DNA of 64,000 nucleotides from Anaeramoeba ignava BMAN (GCA_028826165.1 JAPDFW010000092.1:992001-1056000), one strand, 5' to 3'. Positions 27,819-41,848 are shown, counted from the stretch's first letter. Notes: a model not told the origin generated them from the letters alone. Translations and numbers: made by a program.

Positions 27819-30800
27819 TTATATTTTCTTCAAAACTATTCTTTTATTATCAGATTTCGAAACATATTTTCCAATTTCCAATTTCAATCTCCAAATTCTT
27901 CCGTCTTTAAATTTAAACTCAATCATTTTTGGTTTTTCCACTTTATTCACAATTACATCTGATTTTTTCTTAATAAAACAACGAGGAATCTTAATTGGAT
28001 CAAGAGGTGAAAGTAAATGAATCTTTGGTAACACCTTCCGTTTGGATTTTTTACGATATTTTTTATGAGATCTTGATGAAGTTGTTTTTGTTTTTGTTTT
28101 TGTTTTTGTTTTTGTTTTCTGTTTTTTCTTTTGAGATGGAATTTTTTGAGGTTTATTTACTTCATCACCCTTTTCCTTTTTTTCCTTGATTTCGTGGACA
28201 TTCTGGGTCTCAGCTTCTTCTGAGGTTTCTTCCTCAATCTGAACAGTTGCGAATTGTTGTTGCCAAACGCTAACTTTCATGATCTCTTGAGGTTCATTTT
28301 GTTGATCCAGAGGGACAAAAGTCGCAAAAAGAAGGGAAGGCAAGGCTTTAGTTTTCTCAGGCTCTGCATTAAGTGAAGAGTCTGTTTTATGACTATCACG
28401 ATCCTTTGCGCTCCGATGATGAGACTTGTTCTGGGAATCCGAAGATCTTGATCTTCGATCTTTTTTTCCTGATTTTTGGTGATTTTCAGAATTCAAATAA
28501 TATTGGTGTAAAACCTCAGGAGACTGTGAATATGCAAGTAGCGCATATAACTGAAAGAGCAAAGGACGAAGACAAAGATCCGATGCGATTTTGTCGTTAA
28601 GGAGGTTCCACAAACCGAACAAAATCTCATCAAGTGAAGTATTCAAAACAACAAGATTTTTTTTAAAAGAAACAATTATTTTTGTAAACAAAGTTTCCAT
28701 AAAAAAAGGTGAAGTTTCCGCATTGCTTTTAGTCAAGATGACTTCCTTGATAATTGTAGCGAGTATTTCTGCGACTTGCTCTTCTGCAGCAGTTTGTAGG
28801 CTTGCAATATAAGCTGCAATTCGAACATTTTCTGGAAAATCAATTGAACAAAAATTTCTCAAAAAATCTTCTGATATAATAATCCTATTTCCAAGTGATG
28901 CTAATGTTTCTAGGCATGTTATTGATAAAATATTATTTTGTGATGGAAATATCCGATCATGTTCTAGAAATCTTTCGATTTGTTTAAATATTTTTGAGTA
29001 AGCTTCACTTGAAAAGCTACTTATATTTGTAAGTGATGATATTATGTTTGAAATATAAAGATCATCAGAGAACTAATTTAATTTTTATCCGATTTTAATA
29101 TAAAAAATTAATATAAAAAATTATTTTTAATTTTAATTTTAATATTAATTTTAATTTTACATCATTGATTGAATTATCATTTAATTTTAATAAATCAAGT
29201 ATAAATTCTATAATAATTTTGGGTGTTTGATTATTTTCATCTTTTAAATGTGATAATGCAACTGGAATTTCTTTTTGAATTATATATTCCTCTAAATTAT
29301 TAAAAGAATTCGGTTTTACACATCCTCCATTTTGTGCAACAGTTTCTTGATCAAAAAAATTTAAACGATAATATTCAATTAATTTATTAGCAAGATTCCA
29401 AGATTGAGTTCCAGTAACAAGCTTTAAAAAAAAATAAATAGAATAAGTAATTTAATTATTATTTTAAATTTAAATATTTTGAATTTAAATATTTATTTTA
29501 AATTTAAATAATTTTTTGAATTTTAATTATTTTATTTTAAATTTAAATATTTATTTTAAATTTAAATATTTATTTTGAATTTAAATATTTATTTTGGATT
29601 TAAATATTTATTTTGAATTTAAATATTTATTTTTAATTTAATTATTTTAAATTTAAATATTTATTTTGAATTTAAATATTTATTTTGAATTTAAATATTT
29701 ATTTTGGATTTAAATATTTTTTTTTGAAATTTAAAAATATTTATTTTGAATTTAAATATTTATTTTAGATTTAAATATTTATTTTAGATTTAAATATTTA
29801 TTTTTTTATTTTTTAAATATTTATTTTTTTAATTATTTATTTTAGATTTAATTATTTATTTTAAATTTAAATATTTATTTTTGAATTTAAATATTTATTT
29901 TGAATTTAAATATTTATTTTAGATTTAAATATTTTGAATTTAAATATTTGGATTTAAATAATTTTTTAATTTAAATATTTATTTAAATTTATTTTTAAAT
30001 ATTTATTTTAAATTTAAATATTTATTTTAAATTTAAATATTTTTAAATTTAAATATTTATTTTAAATTTAAATATTTATTTTGAATTTAATTATTTATTT
30101 TGAATTTAAATAATTATTTTGAATTTAAAATATTTTGAATTTAATTATTTATTTTAAATTTAAATATTTATTTTGAATTTAAATATTTATTTTGAATTTG
30201 AGTTGAAATATTAAATGAATAAGTACAAAAACAATTCCATAAGCACATTCAGAACGTATTTTACAATATATTCTATTTTGATGAAGTTGATCAATTAAAA
30301 AATTAGTAATATCTCCTTCATTTCCTTCTTTATTTTTAGATAAAGAATGAATTGCATCATATTGAGCCAAAACATTTCTATCTAAAAGTAATTGACGAAA
30401 CCACATTTCTGGGAATTGTTGGAATTCAATTTTTGAAACCCATTCCCGATTTGGATCCACTCGAATATATAAAAGAGGAGAACTTGTTCTTGAAAGTTGA
30501 AATTCAATTTCATCTCCATTTTCATATGATATTTTTTTTTTACGATGTTTGTGTAATCTAGATGTAACTGGAATATGAAATATTGATGATTTTTGATCAA
30601 TATTAAGAATATGATCATAAACTCCTTCAAATTCACTAATTTGTATACTAATTGTCCCTTTGAATTTAAAATTATTTTTTTTTAATTTTTATTTTTTTAA
30701 TTTTTAGATTTTAATTTTTAGATTTTAATTTTGATTTTAAATATTTTTCCGATTTTAATTTTGATTTAAAGATTTTTCCGATTTTAATTTTGAATTTAAA

Positions 30801-33779
30801 TATTTATTTTAATTTTAATTTTAATTTTAATTTTAATTTTAATTTTAATTTTAATTTTTAATTTTTGAAAATTTTGAATAATACAAAAATTTTAATTTTT
30901 TTCAGAACGTATTTTACAATTTAATTTTAATTTTAATTTTAATTTTAATTTTAATTTTAATTTAGATTTTGATTTGAGCCAATTTTAATTTTAATTTTTG
31001 ATTTTAATTTTGAATTCAATTTTGAAACCATTTTTAATTTTAATATTTAATTTTAATTTTTCTTTTAATTTTAATTTTAATTTTTTAATTTTCAATTTTA
31101 TTTTTAATTTTGTTTTTTAATTTTAACTGGAATTTGAAAATTTAGATCAATTTTGATTTAAACTTTTAATTTTAATTTTGTATTTTAATTTTCCCTTTTG
31201 AATTTTAATTTTAATTTTAATTTTAATTTTAATTTTAATTTTAATTTTAATTTTAATTTTAATTTTAATTTTAATTTTAATTTTTAATTTTAATTTTAAT
31301 TTTAATTTTAATTTTAATTTTAATTTTGAATTTTAATTTTGAATTTTAATTTTTAATTTTAATTTTAATTTTTCCGATTTTAATTTTTTGAATTTTAATT
31401 TTAATTTTAATTTTAATTTTGAATTTTAATTTTAATTTTAATTTTTGAATTTTAATTTTAATTTTTAAATTAATTTTTAATTTTAATTTTAATTTTAATT
31501 TTAATTTTAATTTTAATTTTAATTTTAATTTTAATTTTAATTTTAATTTTTAATTTTAATTTTAATTTGAATTTTAATTTAAATTTTGATTTGATTTAAT
31601 TTTAATTTTAATTTTAAATTAAATTTTAATTTTAATTTTTAATTTTAATTTTAATTTTAATTTTAATTTTGATTTACAGTAAAAATTTGAGAATTTTTCC
31701 CACCAAAATCTTGCTCAATTGTTAAATCAACTTCTTGTTTACGTTTATTAAATACATAACTACATTTAAAAATTGGAAAACCAGAACCATAAACCCATTG
31801 TTCAGCAAAACTTTTCAAATTGACACCAGTCATTTTCTTACACAAAGTAAAAAAGATCTTTGTAGTGATCATAGTTTTCTGAGCAGATTTACTTCCATTC
31901 TCAAGGAGTTGCTTCAAAACTCTACGAAAAGCATTATGAGAAATTCTAACTTCAAGCATTTCAATAACAAGAATAGATTTTTTGATATATAAATCATCAT
32001 TTCGGGGAATAAATGATAACGGATCGCGACGATCCCTTAAAATTCCACCAAAAATATCTTCATCACAAACAAATTCAATCTGCTTAATTTTATTATATAA
32101 AAATTCAGATCTTCCAAATAATGTTCTAATACTTAAATTTTCTAAATATCCAGCTATTCCTGTGTAAATCCAATGATCTTTTGCATTTTGGAAGTGTAGA
32201 AATCTTCCAAAAAATTGATATGAAAAAGAATATGCAATCATTCTTTGACTGTTTATAACTGAATTAACTATATTTTCATCATAAAGATAATTCATTGAAA
32301 GAATTGTAAATCCTGAAAACGATAATTCGTTTTTATAAGGAATTGGAAGAAAAATAACCTTGAATGTACTAAATGGAAACGAGAAATCAAGCAGTGATTC
32401 CAGATAAACAACAATCTTTAATTTTATTTATAAAAATATTTATAAAAATATTTTAAATTTAAAAATTTAAAAATATTTTTGAATTTTTACTTTTGGAATA
32501 GTTTGTGTGCTTGTTTTCATTTTGTGTAAATTCTTTGAATCTTTGCCTGTTAAACAATAAGAAAAACAAACAAGAGAATTTCCGTTTTGATTTCCATTTC
32601 CATTTTCATTTTCATTTTCAATTTGAATTTCATTTGAATTTTCATTATTTTCATTTTCAATTTGAATTTCATTTGTATTTTCATTATTTTCATTTTCAAT
32701 TTGAATTTCATTTGTATTTTCATTATTTTCATCATTTTCAATCCAGTCTTTAGTAACAAAAATCAACATAAAAGATAAAACAAAGATATAAAAAGATATC
32801 GAAATCAAAAAAAAAGCAAGATTCAAAATGGATAAAAAAATTAATTCTGATAAAAATTACCTTTTTTGGGTGATTCAACCATAATTTCTTGTTGATTTGT
32901 TGTTGGGATAACTGGCTTTCTTTTAAACACAGTTATTTCATCAAACAAACCTGCCACAAATCCAATAGAAGAAGGTGTTGAGTCAAACGAATGATTATAA
33001 TAGAAAATTGTTGTTTTTTTGTTTGGCGAATAAATTTTTTTTTCCAATACACCATTTGAAATTGCTGTATAATTCGCTGGGACTTCAATTTCAATCTCAA
33101 ATGTGCAATGAACAGTTAATAAATGAATTGATGGGAACCAACTTCTTGAATCATAACTTCTATTTTCAGTAAAAATATCTGGTATTTTTTTTTGGAAAAG
33201 AAAATTCAATTTGGGAAATTTGAAAATTTAGAATTGAAAATTAAATTGAAAATCGAAATTACATTCTGTATTATTAGATTTATCTTTGCAAAAATGAATC
33301 CCAATTTGAGGATCTTTTAATTTATAAAATACTGTTAAATCAAAAGGATTCTCAAAATCTTTTTGATCTAAATTTTCAATAGGAATTTCTAATATTCCAG
33401 TTTTTTTCATTTTTTGATTAAAAGTTGAAGTAAATTGTTTTAAATCTGATTCGGAATCAGGAGATAAAATATAATCATTTTGTCCCATTGAATATTTAAA
33501 TGGAACACTTTGCGAATTGAATTGAACTTCAGAAACTAAACATTGATTTAAATGAAGTGTAATGTTCGTTATATTTTCTATATTTGAATGTGAATTAAAG
33601 AAAAGTTTTGAAACACAATCAAGTGAATGTTCAATAAAATCAATTGAAAAAAATAATTTTTGATGATCTTTTTATTTTTTTATTTAATTAATTAAAAAAT
33701 AAAATTAATTTTCAAAAACTGTTTATTTATTTATTTATTTACATAATTCTTGTTCAAAATAAATATCTGAAGAAGTCAT
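27819..33779 (-). CDS. TAF2: TFIID subunit 2 (M1-aminopeptidase fold), 8 exons
   Basis: YHQKLFFSIDF; SRSWFPSI...TAISNGVL; YQFFG...DHWIYTGIAGYL; FAEQWVYGSGFP; YIRVDPNREW...QFPEMWFRQLLLDRNVLAQYDAI; PNSFNNLEEYIIQKEIPVAL...LLKLNDNSIND|FSDDLY. Introns are GT-AG; one probable missing G at the acceptor near 30658. Confidence 0.92.
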
Positions 33780-33907
33780 TTTTTTTATAAGAATTAAAAG
33801 AAGAAAAAAAATGAAAAAAATGAAATTTTAATTTTTAATTTTTTTTCATTTTTTTCATTTTTCATTTTACATTTATTTGTTCCTTTTTTTTCTTTCCTTT
33901 TAAATTT
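33780..33907. promoter_or_regulatory. 128-bp bidirectional promoter (TAF2/DYNLT) with mirror-image TTTCATTTT initiator-like clusters
   Basis: AAAAATGAAAAAAATGAAA lies next to TAF2 and TTTTCATTTTTTTCATTTTTCATTTT lies next to DYNLT. Confidence 0.55.
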
Positions 33908-35280
33908 ATGTCTAGCCCAAATGATTTGAAAATTTTTCAAACACATTCAGAAACAATTAAAGGAATTATAAAAGAAGTGATTATTTAAAATTATTTTAAT
34001 TAATTTACATTTAGATTTTTAATTTTGAATCTAAAAAAAAAATGTAATAAATTTTTTTTTAGTGTGTTGAATCAACTCTTCAAAATGAAGTTTATAATCA
34101 TTTAAAAGCATCAAGATGGACATGTATTATTGTAGAAAAAATCCTGGAAAAATTATCAAAATTAAATTTATCATTTAAATATGTTGGTAAATTTTGATTT
34201 TCTTTTTAGATAAAAAATTTTTTCTTTTTTTTTTTAAATTGATTTTTTTTTTTGATAATTTATTTATTTAGTTAATTGTATTGTGATGGAATCTGGTTGT
34301 ACTGGAATGCATTCAACAACATCATGTTATTGGGATCCACAAACTGATGGTAGTTTTATTTTTTTTTTAAACGGAATATTTTTTAAATTATTTAATTAAA
34401 ATTATTTAAATTAAAATTATTTGAATTAAAATTATTTGAATTATTTGAATTATTTTTATTTAAAATTATTTGAATTATTTTTATTTAAATTATTTGAATT
34501 AAAATTATTTAAATTATTTGGATTAAAATTATTTGAATTATTTAGATTATTTGGATTAAAATTATTTGAATTATTTGAATTAAAATTATTTGAATTATTT
34601 AAGATTAAAATTATTTGGATTATTTGGATTAAAATTATTTGGATTAAAATTATTTAGATTAAAATTATTTGAATTAAAATTATTTGAATTATTTAAATTA
34701 AAATTATTTGAATTATTTGAATTATTTAAATTAAAATTATTTGAATTATTTGAATTATTTGAATTAAAATTATTTGGATTAAAATTATTTGAATTAAAAT
34801 TATTTGGATTAAAATTATTTGAATTAAAATTATTTGAATTAAAATTATTTGAATTAAAATTATTTGGATTAAAATTATTTGAATTAAAATTATTTGAATT
34901 AAAATTATTTGAATTATTTGAATTATTTGGATTAAAATTATTTGGATTATTTGGATTATTTGGATTAAAATTATTTGAATTAAAATTATTTGAATTAAAA
35001 TTATTTGAATTATTTGAATTATTTGAATTAAAATTATTTGGATTATTTGAATTAAAATTATTTAAATTATTTTGAATTAAAATTATTTGAATTATTTGAA
35101 TTAAAATTATTTAAATTAAAATTATTTTGAATTAAAAATATTTGAATTATTTGAATTAAAATTATTTAAATTATTTGAATTAAAATTATTTAAAATTAAA
35201 ATTATTTAGGAAGTGCTACTTATGAATGGAGTTCAAAAACTCTTTATTCATATACTACTGTTTATGGAATTGCAATTTAG
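33908..35280 (+). CDS. DYNLT: Dynein light chain of the Tctex-1 family, 4 exons (absent from the ORF track)
   Basis: Spliced product MSSPNDLKIFQTHSETIKGIIKE|CVESTLQNEVYNHLKASRWTCIIVEKILEKLSKLNLSFKYVV|NCIVMESGCTGMHSTTSCYWDPQTDG|SATYEWSSKTLYSYTTVYGIAI*. Intron 3 is filled with (AAATTATTTGAATT)n. Confidence 0.92.
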
Positions 35281-35687
35281 CTCTTATTCATTCCATTTTT
35301 TTTTAACAAACAAAAAAAAACAAAAAGATTTAAATCTTTAAAAAAATTTCCAATTTGTGTGATTCATTTTTTTTTTGAATTTTCTTCATAATTTTCTCAA
35401 CAAAACAAAACAAAACAAAAAAACCAATTTTATTTCTAAAAAAAACAAAAGCAATTTTATTTCTAAAACAAAAAATAATTTACTTTCCAAAATGAAAAAT
35501 TCTTTCCTTTATTTTTTTAAAATTTTTTTAAAATTTTCATTTATTCATTTTATTGAAAATGAAAGAAAATTTTTCAAAATAAAAATCATTCAAAAATTTC
35601 CCAGAAAAAAAACCAAATTTAAAACAAAATTCAAAAACAATTTTTAATTTTTAATTTTTAATTTAAAAAAAAAGTGGAATAAAAAAT

Positions 35688-36683
35688 TCAATTATTTTTT
35701 GCTTTTAAATTTGAATCAAATTTAGAAACTGTTAATTCATCATCAGAAATAATATAATTATAAACAACAGGATATTTTCCACCAAAACCAAATGCAAGTA
35801 AACTAAATGAAGGTTTAATATTAGAATTCATTAATGTTTGAGCTCCAGTTATACTTCCTGGATCTATTAAAAGTGTTTCTTCAAATATTTCAGTATTTAA
35901 TTTATGTGTATTTCCTTTAATAAGAATATCTAAATTATTTTCTGTTATTAATTCTTGTAAATTTGTTTTATCTTCTGTTATAAATTGATGTCCATGAATC
36001 ATTCCTATTTTATATCCTCCAATTTTTGTTTGATAAAATTCTGGAAATTGAAGTTTTTCCTTTTTTAATTTTGATTTAAATTTTGAATTTGAATTTGAAT
36101 TTATTTTGATTTTGATTTTGATTTTGGTTTTAATTTTGATTTTAATTTTGAATTTTAATTTTTAATTTTGATTTAAATTTTGAATTTGAATTTGATTTTG
36201 ATTTTAATTTAATTTTAATTTTAATTTTGAATTTTGAATTTTGAATTTTGAATTTTAATTTTAATTTTGGATTTGATTTTAATTTTAATTTTAATTTTAT
36301 TTTTAATTTTAATTTTAATTTTAATTTTAATTTTAATTTTAATTTTAATTTTAATTTTAATTTTAATTTTGAATTTTGAATTTGAATTTTAATTTTGATT
36401 TTGATTTTGAATTTTAATTTTGAATTTAATTTTAATTTTTAAATTTTGAATTTAATTTTGATTTTGATTTTGAATTAAATACATCATCAGAATCACCAGC
36501 AACACAAAAAACGTTTTTAGGTGTAATAGTTTCAAAATATTCAAGAATTTTGGGATCTGTTAAATTTCCTGTACATAAAGTTGTTTGAATTTTTCCTGGA
36601 GTAAAAAGTTTTGTAAACTTTTCTGGAATTTGTTTTGCTCTATTTGGAATAAAAATATCACCAATAATAAGAACAAGTGTCAT
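35688..36683 (-). CDS. VPS29: Retromer subunit VPS29 (divergent); exons 36683-36483 and 36059-35688
   Basis: LVLIIGDIFIPNRA..IPEKFTKLFTPGKIQTTLCTGNL...VAGDSD|...IGMIHGHQ...DILIKGNTHK...IDPGSITGA...PSFSLL. Confidence 0.92.
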
Positions 36684-36739
36684 TACAAAAAAAAATGAAA
36701 AAATGAAAAATGAAAAATAAAAAAATGAAAAATGTGAAA

Positions 36740-37283
36740 AATAAAAAAATGGAATTAAATTTATTAAATTAAAATAAAAAAATGGAATTAAATTTATTAA
36801 AATAAAATAAAAAAATGAAATTAAATTTATTAAAATAAAATAAAAAAATGGAATTAAATTAATTAAATTAAAATAAAAAAATGGAATTAAATTTATTAAA
36901 ATAAAATAAAAATGGAATTAAATTTATTAAATTAAAATAAGAAAAATGGAATTAAATTTAAATTAAAATAAAAATGGAATTAAATTTATTAAAATTAAAA
37001 TAAAAAAATGGAATTAAATTTATTAAATTAAAATAAAAAAATGGAATTAAATTTATTAAATTAAAATAAAAAAATGGAATTAAATTTATTAAATTAAAAT
37101 AAAAAAATGGAATATAATTTATTAAATTAAAATAAAAAAATGGAATTAAATTTATTAAATTAAAATAAAAAAATGGAATTAAATTTATTAAATCAAAATA
37201 GAAAAATGGAATTAAATTTATTAAATCAAAATAAAAAAATGGAATATAATTTATTAAATCAAAATAAAAAAAGTGGAATATAA
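36740..37283. repeat. 33-bp tandem repeat (AAAAAATGGAATTAAATTTATTAAATTAAAATA), about 16 copies, between the Rho 3' end and the VPS29 5' end
   Basis: Visible periodicity; it produces the 11-aa periodic spurious ORF 36958-37302. Confidence 0.9.
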
Positions 37284-37288
37284 TTAAA

Positions 37289-37883
37289 TCAAAAAATAAC
37301 ACATTTCTTCTTTCTCATTTGCTTTTTGATGAACTGTTTCCAATCCAATTTTTGCAGCTTCTTGAAAAATAATATCAACATTTTCATTTTTCAAAGCAGA
37401 ACATTCAAAATAACGAAGAGCACGAATTTCATCAGCCATACAAATACCTTGGTCTTTAGATAAAGGGATCATATCATTCTCAGCCAAAACAAGAGAACTA
37501 TGAGGATCTTGTCTCAAATCAGTGCGAGTAGCAACAAGAAAATAAGGAACATTTGGACAATATTGTTTGATTTCAGGAACCCATTTAGATCTGACTTTTT
37601 CAAAAGACTCAGGTTGATCAACAGAAAAGCAAATGAGGAAAATATCAGTTTGTGGATATGATAATGGTCTTAATCTATCATAATCATCTTGTCCTGCTGT
37701 ATCCCATAATCCAAGTGCGATCTCTTTTCCTTCAATTCTATAATTTTTGCATAGTGAATCTACAAAATTAAAACTGTAATAATCCGTTGGAAATTTTCCT
37801 GATGCTACTGTTAATAATAGTGATGTTTTTCCAACTGCTCCATCTCCTATTATAACTAATTTAACTTGTTCTATTTTCTCCAT
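37289..37883 (-). CDS. Rho/Rac-family small GTPase, intronless; probable true C-terminus QMRKKKCVIF* after a 1-nt homopolymer correction
   Basis: KLVIIGDGAVGKTSLL, LWDTAGQDDYDRLRPLSYPQTD, Rho insert helix, YFECSAL. A polybasic tract plus CaaX box lies in the alternate frame. Confidence 0.9.
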
Positions 37884-38173
37884 TTTGAAAAATTATTTAA
37901 TTTGAAAAAAAAATGATTTCTAAAAATTTTGTCAATTTAAATTTTATTTTTGTTTCAATTCCTCATTCAAAAAAAAAACAATCAAAAAAATAAGCAAATT
38001 TCTTTCAAACATTTTGATTTTTGATTTTGATTTTTGATTTTTAATTTTTGATTTTGATTTGATTTTTAATTTTGATTTTGATTTTGATTTGATTTTGATT
38101 TTAATTTTTGATTTTGATTTTGATTTTGATTTTGATTTTGATTTTGATTTTGATTTTGATTTTAATTTTAATT

Positions 38174-41100
38174 TTAATTATCATCCAAAAATATTTTTGG
38201 AAGCGATAATCTATCTAATTCTTTTTGGAAAGGAGATTTCAAATTAAATTGATAAAAATCATCAGCATCTTTAATTTCTTCCAAAACTTCCAAAGGAGTA
38301 TCATCACTCAAAGTTTCAGTGTATAAAAATTGAACAACAGTTTTAATAGCTTGAGGAGATTTATCACTATAATCACTAACAGAATTAGAACTATCATTAA
38401 CACTAAGAAACATTCCTCTAAATACTTCACTTCTTGCAAACAATATTATCTTATGAGCCTTTATTTCTTCTCCACGAACAAGAATTGTGAAATCTTTTGT
38501 TTCTTCATCCAAATATAATTCATTCATCATTCGAATTATTGAATCTGATTCAAGTCGATTTTCTGGATTAATTTCTAGATTTTTAAGAATTTCTTTGATT
38601 TGTTCTGAATCTTTTGCATATCCTGTATAAACCCATTTGAAAAAATCTTTTGCTACTTGAATTGATTGATTTTCAAAAAATGAAATGATTTCTGTTGGTT
38701 TTTTTTTAAGTCGGAAAAAAACAATTAAAGAGTGAATTTTTAATGATCCATCAAATGTTTCAATTTGATTATCACAAAATTCTTGTGAATCAAATAGTAT
38801 CTGTAAATCTTCTTTTAATGAAATGGAAATAAACAATGCCTAAAAAAATATTAATTCAAAATAATATTAATTCAAATAATTCAAATAATTCAAAATAATT
38901 CAAAATAATTCAAAATAATTCAAAATAATATTAATTCAAATAATTCAAATAATATTAATTTAAAATAATATTAATTCAAAATAATTCAAATAATTTAAAA
39001 TAATTCAAATAATTCAAATAATTCAAATAATATAAAATAATTCAAATAATATTAATTTAAAATAATATTAATTCAAATAATTCAAAATAATTTTAATTCA
39101 AATAATTTTAATTCAAATAATTCAAAATAATTCAAATAATTCAAATAAAATTAATTCAAATAATTCAAATAATTCAAATAATTTTAATTCAAATAATTCA
39201 AATAAAATTAATTCAAAATAATTTTAATTCAAAAATAATTCAAATAAATATTAATTCAAAAATAATTCAAAATAATATTAATTCAAATAATTTTAATTCA
39301 AATAATTCAAATAAATATTAATTCAAAAATAATTCAAATAAATATTAATTCAAAATAATTTTAATTCAAAATAATATTAATTCAAAAATAATTCAAATAA
39401 TTTTAATTCAAATAATTTTAATTCAAATAATTTTAATTCAAATAAAATACAGAAATATCCCAACTTCGAATTTTTGAATCACGTGAGCCAAGAAATAAAT
39501 AATTTTCTGTTACTCCTACAGCCCAAACACAAACAGGTGCTCTGAATTTTTTAATAACTTGATCATTCTAATAAATTTTATATTTAATTGTATTTTAAAA
39601 AACGTTTTTCAATTTAATTTTTCAATTTTTTTATTTCAAACAAACAGCCATATCTAAAGCAACTGAATAACCACTTTCATCTCCAGAAAATAAAAGTTTA
39701 TCTTTTTGAGCCATAAATACAATTGAGTCTTTGTTTTCTTTCCAATTTCCAACTCTTTTTTGATCCTAAATTTGATATTTTGATTTAGATTTTGATTTTA
39801 ATTTGATTTTAATTTTGATTTTGATTTTGATTTTGATTTTGATTTTGATTTTTGATTTTAATTTTAATTTTAATTTTGAATTTAATTTTGATTTTAATTT
39901 TGATTTTGATTTTAATTTTGATTTTAATTTTAATTTTGATTTTGATTTTGATTTTGATTTTGATTTTGAATAAAAAAATAAATTAATCCAAAAAATATCA
40001 ACCTCTAAATCCCATTTTCCAATTGAATGATCACTTGAACCAGAATAAAGAAAACCATTAGCATAAACAAGTGCCCAAACACCATTTGTATGATCTTTCA
40101 ATGTGCCAATATGATGTAAATTCTAATAAATAAATATATAAATATAAATATAAATAAATTCAAATATATAAATTTTGATTTTTTGAATGAATATAAATTT
40201 TCTACATTAAGATCCCAAATATAAATTTCTCCATTTGCAAGTCCTCCATAAATTTTTCATCTGCAATAACAAGTGACCAAATTCTTGTTGGACAAGAAAC
40301 TTTCTCTTTTAATTCAAAACTTTGATCTTTCTTTGAATAGGGAAATTAATTTGTAAAATTTAAAATGAATTTTTTCATTCAAAATTTTATTGTTAAATTT
40401 TATATACAATTTCAAATGAACGAAGAAGAAATTCTGCTCCTCCAGTATAAATCATGTTTTCATAAAATGCTTGACAAAAAATATAACCGCCAAAAGATGA
40501 GGAATATTCTTTTAATTTTGTAAAAGTCTTTTTTTGATTTTAATTTTAATTTTGATTTTAATTTTGATTTTAATTTTGATTTTAATTTTGATTTTAATTT
40601 TAATTTTAATTTTTAATTTTAATTTTGATTTTAATTTTAATTTTGATTTTAATTTTGATTTTAATTTTGATTTTAATTTTGATTTTAATTTTGATTTTAA
40701 TTTTAATTTTAATTTTGATTTTAATTTTGAATTTTAATTTTAATTTAAATATTGATTTTAATTTTAATTTTAAATTTTAATTTGAATTTTGATTTTAATT
40801 TTAATTTTAATTTTAATTTTAATTTTAATTTTAATTTTAAATTTAATTTTAAATTGAATTTTGAATTGAATTTTGAATTTTAATTTTGATTTTAATTTTA
40901 AATTTTAATTTTAATTTTAATTTTAATTTTGAATTTTGAATTTTAATTTTAATTTTGATTTTAATTTTGAATTTTGAATTTTAATTTTAATTTAAATATT
41001 GATTTTAATTTTGATTTGAATTTTGAATTTTGATTTTAATTTTGAATTTTAATTTTAATTTAAATATTGATTTTAATTTTGAATTGAATTTTAATTTTAA

Positions 41101-41781
41101 TTTTAATTTTTAATTTTAATTTTGATTTTAAATTTAATTTTAATTTTAATTTTAATATTAATTTTGATTTTGATTTTAATTTTGATTTTAATTTTAATTT
41201 TAATTTTAATTTTGAATTTTGAATTTTGAATTTTAATTTTAATTTTGATTTGAATTTTGATTCTTTACTTCAGGATCCCAAGCAATCAAATAACTTCCTG
41301 TAGAATATAAAACACCTTTATAAACAGATAAACTAAAAACGTAACTTTTTGCATCTACAGTTCCTAAACACTCTTGATTCTTATTAAAATAAAAATAATA
41401 AAAAATAAGAATTTTATTTAAGAAATTAATTGAAATGATTTTACTTCAATATTCCATTTTTTAATATTTGAATCATAAGAACCTGTAAAAAGAAAATCTT
41501 TATAAATATGTAAACAACGAATTTCAGAACTATGTCCTTCAAAAATATGAGTGAATTTTTCATCTAATGGAAGTTCTTTTTTTTCATTTTCATTTTCATT
41601 TTCATTTTTATTTTCTTCTTTATTTTCCTGTTGTTGTAATTGTGGTTTTTGTTGTAATTTTGGTTTTTTTGGTTTTTTTTTTCGACGAAACTTTTTAAAA
41701 TGAATTTTTTTTATTTCGTTTTGTTTTTTTTTTTGAAATATAGGAATTAAATTAAATTAATTAATTACTTACAAAATTCAT
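38174..41781 (-). CDS. Seven-bladed WD40 + BTB/POZ protein, 9 exons
   Basis: GHSSEIRCL...FLFTGSYDSNIKKWNIE; DHTNGVWAL...LYSGSSDHSIGKWDLE; LFLGSRDSKIRSWDIS. C-terminal BTB: KDFTILVRGEEIKAHKIILFARSEVFRGMF. One missing A near 40255. Confidence 0.85.
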
Positions 41782-41848
41782 TTTTAAAAAGAAAAAAAAA
41801 ATGAAAAATATTTTTTCAATTTTAAAAAAAAAATTTATTCATTTTGAT

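Noticed and set aside
30655-30662. Non-canonical AA acceptor in TAF2
   Set aside because: A missing G in the G-run (AAAG|GGG ACA) restores a normal AG junction. All other reconstructed introns are GT-AG.
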